The notes beneath the pieces were generated by a model. The model ran no database searches, was not told the DNA's origin, and worked only from the letters and a program-made list of their open reading frames with translations. The position numbers were made by a program, and so were the translations under genes. Positions 38,201 through 50,588 of a stretch of DNA of 64,000 bases are shown here, piece after piece; the stretch's first letter is position 1, and the number at the start of each line of letters is the position of its first letter. The stretch lies in contig CM060734.1 of NCBI GenBank assembly GCA_030704615.1, forward strand, positions 61,938,001 to 62,002,000, written 5' to 3'. Source of the DNA: Takakia lepidozioides (lineage: Eukaryota; Plantae; Bryophyta).

Positions 38201-39861
38201 AGAATCAAATCGTAAGAGTGGTAAGACTGACACTCTGTTTTGTGTGACCTATTTGTCTATGATTTTGCAGCATCGATTAAAGGTACTACCTCCTGCCGAT
38301 GCAAATGTTACTGAGACTATTGACAAACCGGAGTCAAGCAAAGCGAATGAAAAGGTTTCAACACTGGCAGCAGCTAATATCAACGTTGCAATGGTGGTGT
38401 CGAGAACCAAAAATGGAAGCAGTCAATCGTTTTTTGCGACGAAGCTCCGTGACTTAGTTGAGGGATTGCAAATGGTAGCAGCAAAAGCCCTTGATCACGA
38501 GGATTTGCAGAAAGAATTGACTGAGTTGAGGGTTGTGCATACTGTCACCTTATGGCGGAACCAACAATTGCAGCTTGCGTGGGATGATGCGAAGAAGAGA
38601 ATGGAAGCGGATGCAAAGGAACACCATAAATTTCAAGAGCAGTGGAAGATAAAAGAGGTTCGTTATCAGCAGACTGTTGTTGAGAAGGATGCAGCGATTG
38701 TCATGCAGACATAGCAAATGAAGTCAAATGAGGCTCGTGTTAATGAATTGGAGAGGCAATTGGCAGATATTACCAAGCAAGTGGCGGAGATGGGGAAACA
38801 ATCTTCAACCATGAACTCCCCTGATGAACGATATGTAGCATTGCAGCAGGAGTTTGTTTCTTATCGCACTGAGTAGGAAGGGGAGATGAATGTGATGGAG
38901 GAGACCATGAAAGCACAAATGTTTGAATTGGAACAGTTCAGGGAGACGATGAGACCTGCAGAAGTGGTTGGGCTCAACGTTTTGCAGAGATGACATGAGG
39001 TGTGCTATGCTCAGAGCCTTAGTCAAGGTTACTTGTATGATAGTGCTCTTTTGAAATTGCTTTTCAATGGCGGAGAGAAGCCGATTGATTTGGAGGAGTG
39101 GGAAGACTTGTGTAACTATCGCATGGAAAATTTGGCCATGTGATGGTGGTTAGGGGAGAATTGGCAGTAGCCCATCCTGAGCAGTTTTTGTTTACTGTTG
39201 GTGATCCTGCCAGTCGTTGTTTTTTGTATTATAAGCAGTTGGAGGATAGACTCGAAGCGTTTTGACAGTCACACCTCCAGGATAGGCAGTGGAATCGACT
39301 ACATGCTTGCGGATTTCTTTCTACTATTCCGAGGCCAGATGATAAATTGTTGCCAAGATACCTGGAAATGGTAAAATATCTTGTGGCTCAGGTGTTGGAC
39401 GAGACCCAATTCCATACAATGTTGGAGAGAGCTCATCGCAGGTATAGACCAGTGTTGTGCGGTTCTTGCCATATTGGAGGAACCGTCGGTTCCGGTTCCT
39501 TGATAGATTTAAAGAGGCGGTTCCGGTTCCGGATCTGGTTCTTTTTATTGAAGCGGTTCCGGTTCCAAAATTCATGAGCAGATGTCGGTTCCGGTTCCGG
39601 GTATTTTTTGGGAAGGATCCGTCGGTTCCAGTTTTCGGTTACGGTTATGTATTTTTTGAATTTATATATATATTAATTTTTATCATTAAAAAAAAACTGA
39701 AAATGATTTGTGAATCCCCATTAGTTATATCAAATATTTTGACCATGTTGAAAAGAAACAACACAACATTCATAAACAAATTTATGAAATAATAATAATA
39801 CAAAGTAACCAAGTGTAAATCAATGTGTGTAGAGTAGTGTACTATAGAGTACACAAAGAAA

Positions 39862-42212
39862 TCATTCTATCTCAAACAACTCGGCCTCTGCAATCAACTC
39901 ATGGTTGTCATCTAAGAGGACTTCCTCACTGTTCAAAAATTCGCTCATGGAAGAGCTCATGCAACCAACACGAGCATCATTCGGCCAATTCTTGACAATG
40001 CTCACAAGCATATCAAGGTTGTGAACACCTAACTTGCAACGTCGCAAGTTTGTAATAACACCTGCAATGCTAAAAACCCTCTCACATTCAATCTGAGACC
40101 CAACAATGCCCAACAGGAGACATGCCAAATATCCCACATATGGAAATACAGATTCGTGCTCTTTCCACCATTTCAAAGGAGCACTGCACTCAGTGTCAGT
40201 GACTTTTTGCCTTCGGAAATGCGCAAGCTGATCTCTCACCACCATCAATGTCATATCCTCACATGGCTCCTCTAAACCAAACAATGACATGTCATCCTGA
40301 GTGGAATCTGGCTCCGGCTGGGTCGTAGTATCCGGGTGAAGGATCTTGAAACATTTGACCAAAAGAGGCTCCAACACCAAGGTGTCATATTGCCGAACAA
40401 TGATATGTCCTTGTTCTCTGCCCACATATTGTGTCACCAAGGACAATCCCTTGAAACGCGGATCAAGCATCAACGCCAACACATTGTGGGCTTTCAATGG
40501 TTGAACTCCTTCCAAAAATGAGAGAAATGGCCCCAATATATGCACCACCTCCTGCACCACCTCCTGAGCCATCCGCCATTCTAACAATTGTAACTCTGCA
40601 TCAAAATCGCCAATGCAATAATCCACTGTACCCAACCTTCGAACACTCTCTGCTCGCATGCGTACACAAGTTGTAATTGTTGCAGCAAGAGCATCAGACA
40701 ACAACCAGTATCCGCCTGACTGGTTCATAACACACTCATGAACCACAGGTCCAAGAACCGTGGAAATAGACTTTGCAATTGCCCACACTTGTGGGCTTGG
40801 TATGCGAGATTGCAAAGATAGTGAACCTGCCTAGAATAGCAAGTAATGATGGCTTGCCGAAATTCCAAAGTTTCTTGAAAGAGGATCACTTTGGAAGCAA
40901 ACATGGTTTTCACTGGAGTCTTCAGCTTGCGTGGATGAATGCCACTATCAACACATGTTGCATTCCATTCTTGCCTTCCATTTCCACTCTTCTTGGTCCA
41001 AGTGATGGTCTTCTGCAACTCTGATTGAGCATCCTTTATAGACACAACCCTCATATCCATGCACACCTTTGCATCAGACGTGGCATACTGACAACACTTG
41101 GACATTGCATGTCCAAAGCAACTTCCCACAAATGGTGCAGACGGTCCCAATGGGGCACAAGACACGACTGCATTCAAAGCTGCAGTCAAAGTACCCAAAA
41201 TACCTCCTTCATCTTTGACATAAGCTATGATGCGCGAATTCAAACCATACTTTGTCAAAAGGTCATTCACTTGTCGTGCCATGGCTGCCCCCGATGTATC
41301 ACGTGCCTCAAACATTCCCAATGTCACATGACATGGTTCCCATTGCTCATTAAGAAAGTGCGCTATGATGACAAAAGTATCTGTTCTTCCTCTTGACATC
41401 CACAAATCGAAACTGACAGTACAAGTTACACAACTAGATATCAATGGGGACATGTACAAATCTTGTGTTTTTGCTACCAGTGATGGGAGCGTCTCATTCA
41501 CAAGTATGCGTCGAGAGGGGAAAACTAGACAATCATTTTGTCTCCCCACTACCCTTCGTAGCCATGGAGATTCGACCAAAGACAATGGCGACAACTCTTT
41601 TGCAATGAACAGGACCAAATCCTCGTTGAACCTTTTCTGTTGTTCATCATCTTTCTTGTATGGAGTTCGACTGCCAAAGAAAGAAGATATGTTCCCTGGG
41701 GTAGGGCCAAGCCTCATCTTCGCAAGTCTACGAGCATCCGGCCCATTTTTTTCCATTTCAATCCACTTAACCAAAGCCCCATGTTTCTGATTCACATGCT
41801 TGTGAAGAACAAAGTTTCCATGGTCTTTGTTGTAAGTCATACATCCTGGCACCTTTTCAAACACACTAGCAGGATGACAAAACACACACCTCATATATTG
41901 CGGGTGTATTGCATCTACTGGACCTGCGTTGGCAACTGCATAAAATGCCCATGATGAAGCAGTGCGATTGTAAGGTTTCCAAAAATCACGTTGTTTGCTT
42001 AGGATGGAAAACTGCTCTTCCTTGGACATTGAGATGCTTGAATACTGTGATATTGTGGAAGACCCACCGACCGCTGAAGTGAGAGGAATTGATGAAGAAG
42101 ACGATGCACGTAGCGTAGGGCAAGCTTCCATAGCTCCCGCATTGTTGACATTGGTATCATGAACAACACCTCTCTCCAGTTCTTCAAAGATATTGGGCTC
42201 CATACGATGCAA
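39862..42212 (-). pseudogene. hAT transposase with a single frameshift near 40820
   Basis: BED-type CxxC...HxxxxH, SFDLWMS, KDEG, CFGH, LMLDPRFK and the C-terminal dimerisation region PLKWWKEH...QIECERVFS. ORFs 40725-42212 and 39862-40815 overlap in different frames. Confidence 0.93.
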
Positions 42213-42789
42213 ATGGCTGGATACACTCCCTGAATCAAATTATTCCCAATCCAAGCTCTTGGGTGGCACAAGCACTCATACATTCAAAGTAGAACACATA
42301 TATATAAATGTAAAATGGGTCATTTCAATCATTCAGCCCCTTTAGACACCATGACAGATCCTCAAATGTGAAAATTCAGTTTTCAGGTGTCATGAGTGGC
42401 AATCAAATGCACACTAGGTAGACCTCTTTCAGATTTCCTAATGCTATCATAAGCCATTGGCAACAGTAGACCAGCCAAGAGAGCATGTACATTGACCATT
42501 TTCAGATCTACTAATGCTAACACAAGGCACTGGCTACAGTAAGAAAGGAAAAAGAGAGAGAGAGGAAGGGCTAAAGGCCCTAGCACAAGTTTCTCGGCTG
42601 CACAATTTTGCCATGAAAGGACCAAAAAAAAAGAGGAGGGGTAACCTCCACGGAGGTTGTGCTGACTGCGCTGCTCCCTCCCCTGTACTCGTACCCGGCT
42701 GCTCCCCCGGCGCTGGTGTGCTGCTCCCTCCCCCGCATTGATGCTCGCGCTGCTGCAGTAGGAGGAGGTGAGAGACGATACAACGTGGG

Positions 42790-42824
<35 letters not shown>

Positions 42825-43611
42825 ATGCTACCTACGCTGCTATCTCCTCCTCCTACGCTGGTTCGGCCTCCCCCATGGGCTGAGGCGCTGCTCCCCTTCC
42901 CGCGCTGATGTTGGAATTCCATCTCAGTGCCAGAGATCCACTTCATCCCTACATCTGCTCTGCCCCTCTCGGGCCTTTTGAATGTTACATGGGCGTTCCC
43001 GAGGATGGGCATTTCGGGGACTTGGTTTCAGAGACCAATTCCTTGACCATTATAAACTTCTGCTCATTCTCCACCCTCCTGCTCTGTCTAGACTACAAGC
43101 AGGCTATTTACCTACGAATATCCAGGGTCAATTGTCTGCCCTGCAAGTCTACATGTGTGCAAAAGGTGTGAAACAAAGAGATGTTGCAAAACTCTCATTG
43201 AAATGACAAAGAGAAATCAAACACTGGATCTAAATTGCACAAACAAAGCATATCTTGACCGTCTTCCTCAACCCAGTATCATCAGGGACTTGCAAACTGT
43301 AATCTGCAAACCAATTAAAGCTTTAAAAAGCTTTACGGAATGCCCAACAGCTTTTCCTCCACACCAGTCTGATCGTACTTACTTTTCGCTGCCCTAGATG
43401 TGGGGCAAAGTTGAACACTGTAATTGCACTCAGGTGCGCGCCAAGTAGCACTCAATGTACAAACATGTAAGCGGAGCCTCATTAGTCTGTCACTCCACCC
43501 CTAGACCTGTCGCAGGCAGCCACATGTGTCACATTTGCTGCAGGCTAGACATGAAGAGGACCAGTGATGTAAGCAACCTATATTGCAGCCAACCCCCGAC
43601 CGAACACTCAA

Positions 43612-44388
43612 TTGTAATGCCTTGCTCTATCCATTGCGCTGTTGCCGCTGCTGTTTCCAGTTGACCATCCACCCACATTGTCCCACCATTGACTGGGGTC
43701 AGAAAAGTGTCTCATTCCAAAGCTTCTCTTCATCTCTGTTATCTATTTTTGTGTACTTTCCTGCTGCCACCTCGGTAGTAACTTGCAAAGTCACTCCAAA
43801 CCACCACAGATCATCCCAACGAACTAATGAGTCTGATGAGAGGGCAAAACAGGCTGAAATAGGTCGAAGAAGAAGGTGCCCTCACCACAAATGTGTTGAA
43901 GAAGTACCTTCATCAGTAGTGCCTTGCTCTATCAATTGCGCTGCTCCGCTGCTGTTTCCAGTTGACCATCCACCCACATTGTCCCACCATTGACTGAGGT
44001 CAGAAAAGTGTCTCATTCCAAAGCTTCTCTTCATCTCTGTTATCTGTATTTGTGTACTTTCCTGCTGCCACCTCGGCAGTAACTTGCAAAGTCACTCCAA
44101 ACCACCACAGATCATCCCAACGAGCTAACTTACAGAATTCAATATGGAAATTCAGGGCTGATCCTGATGAGAGGGCAAAAGAGGCTGAAACAGGTCGAAG
44201 AAGAAGGCTGAAATGTGTTGAAGAATGTACCTTCATTAGCAGTGCCTTGTTCAAATTGCGCTGCTACCGCTGCTGTTCCAGTTGACCATCTACCCACATT
44301 GTCCCACCATTGACAAGGGTCAGAAAAATGTTCATTCCAAAGCTTCTCTTTATCTCTGTTATCTCGTAGCACCTCTCGTAACTTTGAA
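43612..44388 (+). repeat. ~300-320-bp tandem repeat, about 2.5 copies, inside the hAT element
   Basis: CCAGTTGACCATCCACCCACATTGTCCCACCATTGAC recurs at ~43657, ~43958 and ~44278 with conserved flanking sequence. Confidence 0.9.
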
Positions 44389-45431
44389 GCGAGAGCGTGA
44401 AAAACCCACTTATGTGGAGAGAAGAAAGTGCACTGTGCATGTACAGGTCATTACAAGGGAACCTAATTTGAACAGAAATGAGCAGGCACCCACTGTGAAC
44501 CAGAAAGGCTCAATTACCGGAGGCGGATTCTCAAGACAGTAGGCTTCAAGCCTGTATACAAAATGGCTGCATCCACCTGCTGACAACAGTATCCCAATAT
44601 AACCTGTTACTGACGGCCATACCACTGTCAACAAATAACACTTACAATGCCACATAGAATCGGATGTATCTGAAGTAGCACACCTGCTCACACACAAAGA
44701 CATCATGCTTCTCCTATTATTGGCAAAATCAAGACCACAGTTGCCATACACACTTTCCCCCCAATACCCTCACAAGGACCAAACCTTTGCTTGTACTCTC
44801 CTCCTTCACTCTTTCTTTCCATATCTCTCTGTGTTCCATCTTCTCTCTCTCCTGTCTCTCAAAAACACATCATGTGATTACATACTCTCCAGGGTTGGGG
44901 CTCTTAGGATGTGATGGTTTACAAGAATTCATCTACTAGCAAGTATCCACAGCAGTGTGGACAGAGAGGGAGGGGTGGGTACCAAGTGCACGGGGTTGGT
45001 GATCCGCCACTTCCGGCAAACGCAGGCTGCCCTTCCTAGCGCATATGCAACCATCCGTAGGAACACCTGCTTCCCCAACGCTCGGATCCTCTGCCAGCTG
45101 ATGCCATTCTTTCACAATCCAACACCTTGCAGACCTACCTACATCTCCTTCCTCACTCTCATTCTTCCTCCCTTCTACAAATGCTCCATGCCTTCCTCCA
45201 TAACACATAGTCCAACATTCAACCCCGGACCCACGCACAGAAGCAGCCAACCCTCTTGTAATGTATCCCTACACAAACAACACTGATGACACCGCGAGAA
45301 GTGTCACAACTGGAAATGAACAAACATCTCACAAACTGCGAGACCACAAAAGCAGGAAAACCAAACCCTCCCCCGCGCTGAAGTCGCGCAAAGGCAGCAG
45401 ATCGCGCGTGAGAGACGACAGATCGCGGGAG

Positions 45432-45463
<32 letters not shown>

Positions 45464-47071
45464 AGTGCGGGAACCGGATCCGGAACCGCCATTGACCCCC
45501 CGGTTCCAGTTCCAAGCCGGTTCCTGGAAAAACCCGAACCCGCCGGTTCCGGTTCTGGAACCGGCTCGTCCCTGCTCCCCCGGTTCCGGTTCCGGTTCCA
45601 GTACCAGTTCCCAGGAACCGGAACTAGACCGCCTAAGCGGGTACCCGCACAACACTGGTATAGACTGGTTCCGGAGTATTTACATGGATCTGCTTATGTC
45701 TGGACGCAGACCACAATTCAGCAGAGGGTAGGCAGATGGATGGAGGCAAAAACATGACCGGAGTTATTGACCGCCAAGTGGATGGAGGATTTGTATATCA
45801 ATCAACCCAGTGCTAGTCAAGTCTCTTAAGTGGGATTCACGATTTTTGAACGATGTCATTTTCCTTCTTACTGGGAGTATTCATATTTTTTTGGGCCAGC
45901 CGGATAAGGTTTATGGCGATTCTGAAGACAAGGTGCTACCATACTGCAACGGGCGAATCAATTGCGAAGTTGGGCATTTGGCCAACACCAATCAATGGAC
46001 CATGGCCGCGGAATATTACAGGCAGATTTGGTGTGTGTATGTGCTCACGTCGTGGTCAATGGTGAGAGAACGAGCATCTAACATCATTACCTTATAATTG
46101 GCCATTGATTCCTGGAGAGTTTAGCACTGCAGAAAATTATGAAACAGTATACAAATCGTTCCAAGGACTGCATGCGAATCATTATGACCCTTTGTGTTTG
46201 AAGCTAACCAAAATGCAAGAGAAACTAACCAACTAACCCTTAGATAGATGCTTACCAAGACAAGATTAAAAACCAAGATGAGCTTAAATGACACAAAGCC
46301 TCACTCACTTGCTTTAAACGCAAACAAAAGAGGGAAGGGGTCCTACAAGGCCTCCAAGCCTAGAAAAGCTTTGGAGGACCTCACTAACTTGTGGGAAAGA
46401 AGGCTAACCCCATGAGGGTTAAGCCATGATGCTTTCCTTAGGTACTATGCAATGTACCATGGCATGATGATGATGGCAGCCCTAAAAAGAGGCGCCCAAA
46501 AGCCATGAGATGGGCAATAGCCTAAGCTTGGCTATGGGATAAGGGCGGATTGCCGCCACTATAGAATAATAGAAATTTCTAACTCAGATTCAATTTTAAT
46601 ACTTTTTAATGTCGTTTTCCGTCGATATACTCTGCGATACCTTCGATATTGTTGCGATAGAGTAGTGCTCCTCGATATCTTGTATATAGCCAACAGTCTA
46701 TCCTTGATTGGATGATAGAAGAAATGGAAGAATGATTTTAAAGGATGGATAGAGGAGGTTGAACGGTTATTAAAGTTGTTGGAGCATTCTGCTAGATATT
46801 GCATTTATGTGAAGCAGATGGTGTCAATTGAGCCAGAGAGCCGTGACCAGGAGGAGTAGAGTGAGTAGGAGTTATGAGATAGAGTATTATTCAATGGTAG
46901 ATCAAGGACTGCATTCTTGTGATGTTGTGTTCGTAATTGAATAGAAGAGAAGAAGAAGGGGAAAAAAAAAAAACAATTCACTTTGTGTTTGTGTGAAGAA
47001 TGGAATGGTGAAATGAGAATTTGATTCTGAATGCAATGGTTGAAGAATTATAATTATGTGAGATAGTGACA

Positions 47072-47992
47072 ATGTGCACAAATGGAGAGGATAAAGATCC
47101 TGAGCGAGAATTAATTCATGGGTTGGCTAGAGATGTATCGATTCGGATATTTAAAAGTCTATTTTGCAATGAGGCCGAGTTAGTTCGAATAGAAAGTGTG
47201 AATAAAGCCTGGAGAAATGAATGATCAATTCTATATAAACATCGCCAATTGGGACGTAAATGGATTAGTATGTGGTGTTGTCCGATAGATGGTTATCCAG
47301 AGTTCACAAAGGAGCAGATTAAGGAAATGAAGATAGGAAGTCTTCGACTGGATTAAATGGAGAAGTATAACAGTGAAGTAAATCATTTGCATGGCAGAGA
47401 GCAATGATGAGGGAATAAAAGAAATATCAGAGTTGATCATTGGATTACCAGATCATTTATCGATAATAATCTTTCAGGAGCTTTGTTGTAGTGATGAAGA
47501 AATATTCTTATTACAATTAGTCGTATAGAGAGATATCCATTCTATATAGGAGTTGTTATTGGAAGCATAGTTGGTCGCAGACATGGTATAGACCATTTGA
47601 AGGCTATCCTGAACTTATAGGAGAGTGGAGTAATTCTTTTGGTGAGGGGAAATCCATGGAGCAACTGAAGAAACATGATTGGTGGTGAAGGGTGATTGAT
47701 AGTGATGTGTGGAAAAGAATGGATAGCAGATCATGTAGAATTAATTACTGATCTACCTAATAATGTGTTGTTAGATATCTTTAAAATATTGCAATGTAGT
47801 GACAGAGAGATAATCAATTTATGGCTTGTGAGTAAAGGATGGTCTCGAGATCTATTGACCTTGTATCAAGCAGATTAATGGAGAAAAGAAGTAGATGAAC
47901 AATGGTATTTGATCTCAGCCAATGGGATAAAGTTGATAGAGAATGGAGGGAATATCATTGAAACTGGAAGAGTCTTAGTTGTTATAGATTGA
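47072..47992 (+). pseudogene. Three tandem decayed F-box mini-ORFs
   Basis: 47072-47356: ELIHGLARDVSIRIFKSLFCNEAELVRIESVNKAWR. 47391-47688: ELIIGLPDHLSIIIFQELCCSDEEIFLLQLV. 47705-47992: ELITDLPNNVLLDIFKILQCSDREIINLWLVSKGWSR. All fit the F-box pattern L-x-x-LP...IF..L...V.K.W, and each has one stop or frameshift. Confidence 0.7.
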
Positions 47993-48016
47993 GATAAGTA
48001 AGGGTAAGGAGCCCTC

Positions 48017-50115
48017 TGTGGAGAGAATGAAGATAAATAGAATAGCATGACATCATTATGAAACAATCATATAGTGTTTTCCCCAGCGAACGAACTCTAG
48101 ACTGATTGATCCTTTTCTTAGGGTTGATTATAGTTCTATTCTACAGCCACCGAAGCGCTCAAAGGCGTTGACCTCGATCTGCTCGCGGGTTTGACGGCCG
48201 TATCAGCTGCACGACGGGCCATCTAAGCGGGGGCGCGCCCTACCTTTAACCCGAGTTTTATTTATTTATTAGTGGGCTCCGCGGTCCATGTAGCAGATTG
48301 CAGAGCTGCGACCAGCGGTCCGTCCGGGCAGCCTCTGGCGACGCGCCACGCTGTCGGATCTTGGCAGCGGACCAGCGAGTAAAGAGATTTTGTTTATCCA
48401 GTGGTATAACTTTTAAGAGGGGTGCTGGGGGTCAAAAAATCTAATGAATGGTTAGAGTCATGGTCGATCGGGGTTGCCTTAGCATGTTATGTTCTATGCG
48501 GCTAGTCCGGAAATCGGAATAGGATGTTAAGGGTCCCGGGCCATCGTTTTGGTATGTCATAGGTAGTCAGGAGGGAAGACGGCCGCTCGGCTCACACCGA
48601 GACACCTTGCCCACAAAAAAACGGATGAGAAATACAAAGTTTTTGATAAGGGTAGAGAGGGGGTTTGGAATGGGAGTGGGAGTCATTTCCGCTGGCACAT
48701 AGTCTTAAATTGCTCTTAAGGAAGGAGGAGGAACAAGGTGGACACACCAAATCATTTTATATAGGGACAAGAGCGTTTTTTGGGGAATGGATAATAGGTG
48801 GATAGTTAGCCATGTATGGATGACGGACTGATGAAATAAGTAATATTTCATCCACATAGGTTTTTCATCCGCTGTTTGAAAAGCCATTTTAGCTGTAGGG
48901 GGGGTTTTGAACCTAGGACCTAGAGGTTAGGGAACTATGTATTTCGGGCCTAGGGGGTTGTTTAGACCTAGAGGGCCAATTCCCTCTGGTTCCACATCAT
49001 GAGAATGGTTTTTGGGAAATGAGAAGGGGTTAGAGAATTATCTAGAGGCCAAGCCATGGGTCATTAGAAAGCTTGGTTAAATTTTCCTACCTAATGCCTA
49101 TTTTTCCAGAATTAGTGAATTCCCAGCCTAAGTAATTAATTTTTAAGGGGGTTTTCTGCTTAGAACATTACCCAAGAAATAGGAATAGGGGTAATTAAAT
49201 CTAAGATTTTTATTATTTTTAATTTCTATTTCCTCATTATAAGAGCTTGCCTAGGATAGTTTTTATTTTTTTCATTTTTTCATTTTCTTTATTTAACTCT
49301 ATTTCTAGAAAAGAGCCAGGAGCCCTAGAAATTAGTGGAAAATTGGGATATTGTCCGGTAAAGAGCTTTTCTTCTGGGCTAGGGTGTGCACTCCCCTCCG
49401 GATAGCGGAAATGTAGGCGACCCCTTTGCACATACGTGCGATCCGGGGAAGTGTGTTTGTGAAGTACCCAGACCTAAGTGGCTTGCCCTTGCATAGTCTT
49501 CTAGAAGAAGTCATTCCAGGCGAAGAGGACCTTCCGGGGACACTGATAGCTCCGGGTTTCAATATGTTTTGCTGTAGCCCTCTTTTAAGTTTCAACCCTG
49601 GAGTGTTTGCGCTAAAGGGGTAGATGAGAAGAATGACGGCTTTTAATTGGCTTGGACTTGCACTGGTTATACGGGATACCTACACACCATCTATTATTTT
49701 CAGAGCTGTTTGACTTACATTTTGTGTCATTGAACTACTATAGCAGGCTTTGTGGCATCTATTAATGCTAATAAAGAAATCTTAGAAGGCAATTAGTTAG
49801 GAGTAGATTCCGTAGGTCACACAAACGAATTTTGCCTGCGAGCATGGGAGTTGGACCTTGTGCTGGCTGGTAGTTTAGAATAGCGGGAAGAGTTCCCTCC
49901 ATTGACCACTGACCCTCCGTCAAGCTTAGCCACACATCTCACGGGTGGGCGGTTCTTGAGCCCAACTCACCTCGTCGCCGGACACCAGGCCCCGAATCAA
50001 CGTCGCCTCTTCCCCCTTCGTGATTGCGCATGCGGCGAGGCTCGTCAGGATGTTGTCATAGTAAGACAAACTGCAAGACGAGAGAAAAGAACCCCCGCCG
50101 ATTGGAGAGTCTACA
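48017..50115 (+). repeat. Candidate long LTR, possibly the 3' LTR of the old Ty3/gypsy element
   Basis: Begins TGTGGAG after a purine-rich run (AGTAAGGGTAAGGAG) and ends GTCTACA. It is non-coding. There is no partner LTR or TSD in the window. Confidence 0.3.
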
Positions 50116-50588
50116 GGTTTGTGTGAACCCGATAACCGGTTGTTATCCAGATTATAACCTTTGGTTCTAAAGGCCAATTAAAGTGGTTGATAATTTGAGT
50201 CTCTAGGCAACACATTCAAGACAAATGAAATTTTAAAAAATAAAAAATAAAACTGGTTCTTAACCAGTGGCGGTTGTTTCTCTTCTTCATATTTGGCGCT
50301 TCTTAATTGAGGCGGATATTGTATTTTTTTTACCTTTGGCAAATACACACTCACATCGAGTTGGGATCTCCTAAGGGTTTGAGGCAAAATCTAACCTCCA
50401 CTTACAAACCCTAAATAAAACACACCATTTTTATTTCTTATAATTGTCAAATGACATATAAAAATAACAATAAAAATAACAAACAATTATTGCTCCAGCA
50501 TTCGCCACATAGACTGTATACTTACGACATGTCTATTTGAGGTATTAAATGAAAAGATTAAGTACAATAAATTTGTTAGCCATTATTC

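Larger units (their letters stand above)
39450..45657 (-). mobile_element. hAT DNA transposon (6.2 kb)
   Basis: 13-bp TIR CAGTGTTGTGCGG at both ends, 8-bp TSD GTATAGAC at 39442-39449 and 45658-45665, and dense subterminal CCGGTT/AACCGG repeats. Confidence 0.97.
37634..46200 (+). pseudogene. Accessory ORF 3' of pol in the old Ty3/gypsy element (plant-transposon-protein-like N-terminus plus coiled coil), split by the hAT insertion
   Basis: Starts MVKKVAQQPLPPP at 37634. LVMQFYNS...TVKGMAIVVDARTITEVLLLP and IDWARFVCGKIHEEI...YLSMILQH resemble extra ORFs of Athila/Tat-like elements. An E/K/Q-rich heptad region lies at 38450-38950. Coding-like sequence continues past the hAT TSD at 45666. Confidence 0.6.

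Noticed and set aside
43830-44200. Hammerhead ribozyme in the hAT tandem repeat (CTGATGAG...GAAA...GTC)
   Set aside because: Core-like nucleotides are present, but helices I and II cannot pair convincingly in either copy.
44873-45273. Solo LTR inside the hAT
   Set aside because: TG...CA ends are present but the flanking 5-mers do not match as a TSD, so it is mentioned only as possible cargo.
42383-45731. ORFs containing poly-Lys or poly-Phe
   Set aside because: They are translations of A/T homopolymers and CCGGTT subterminal repeats.
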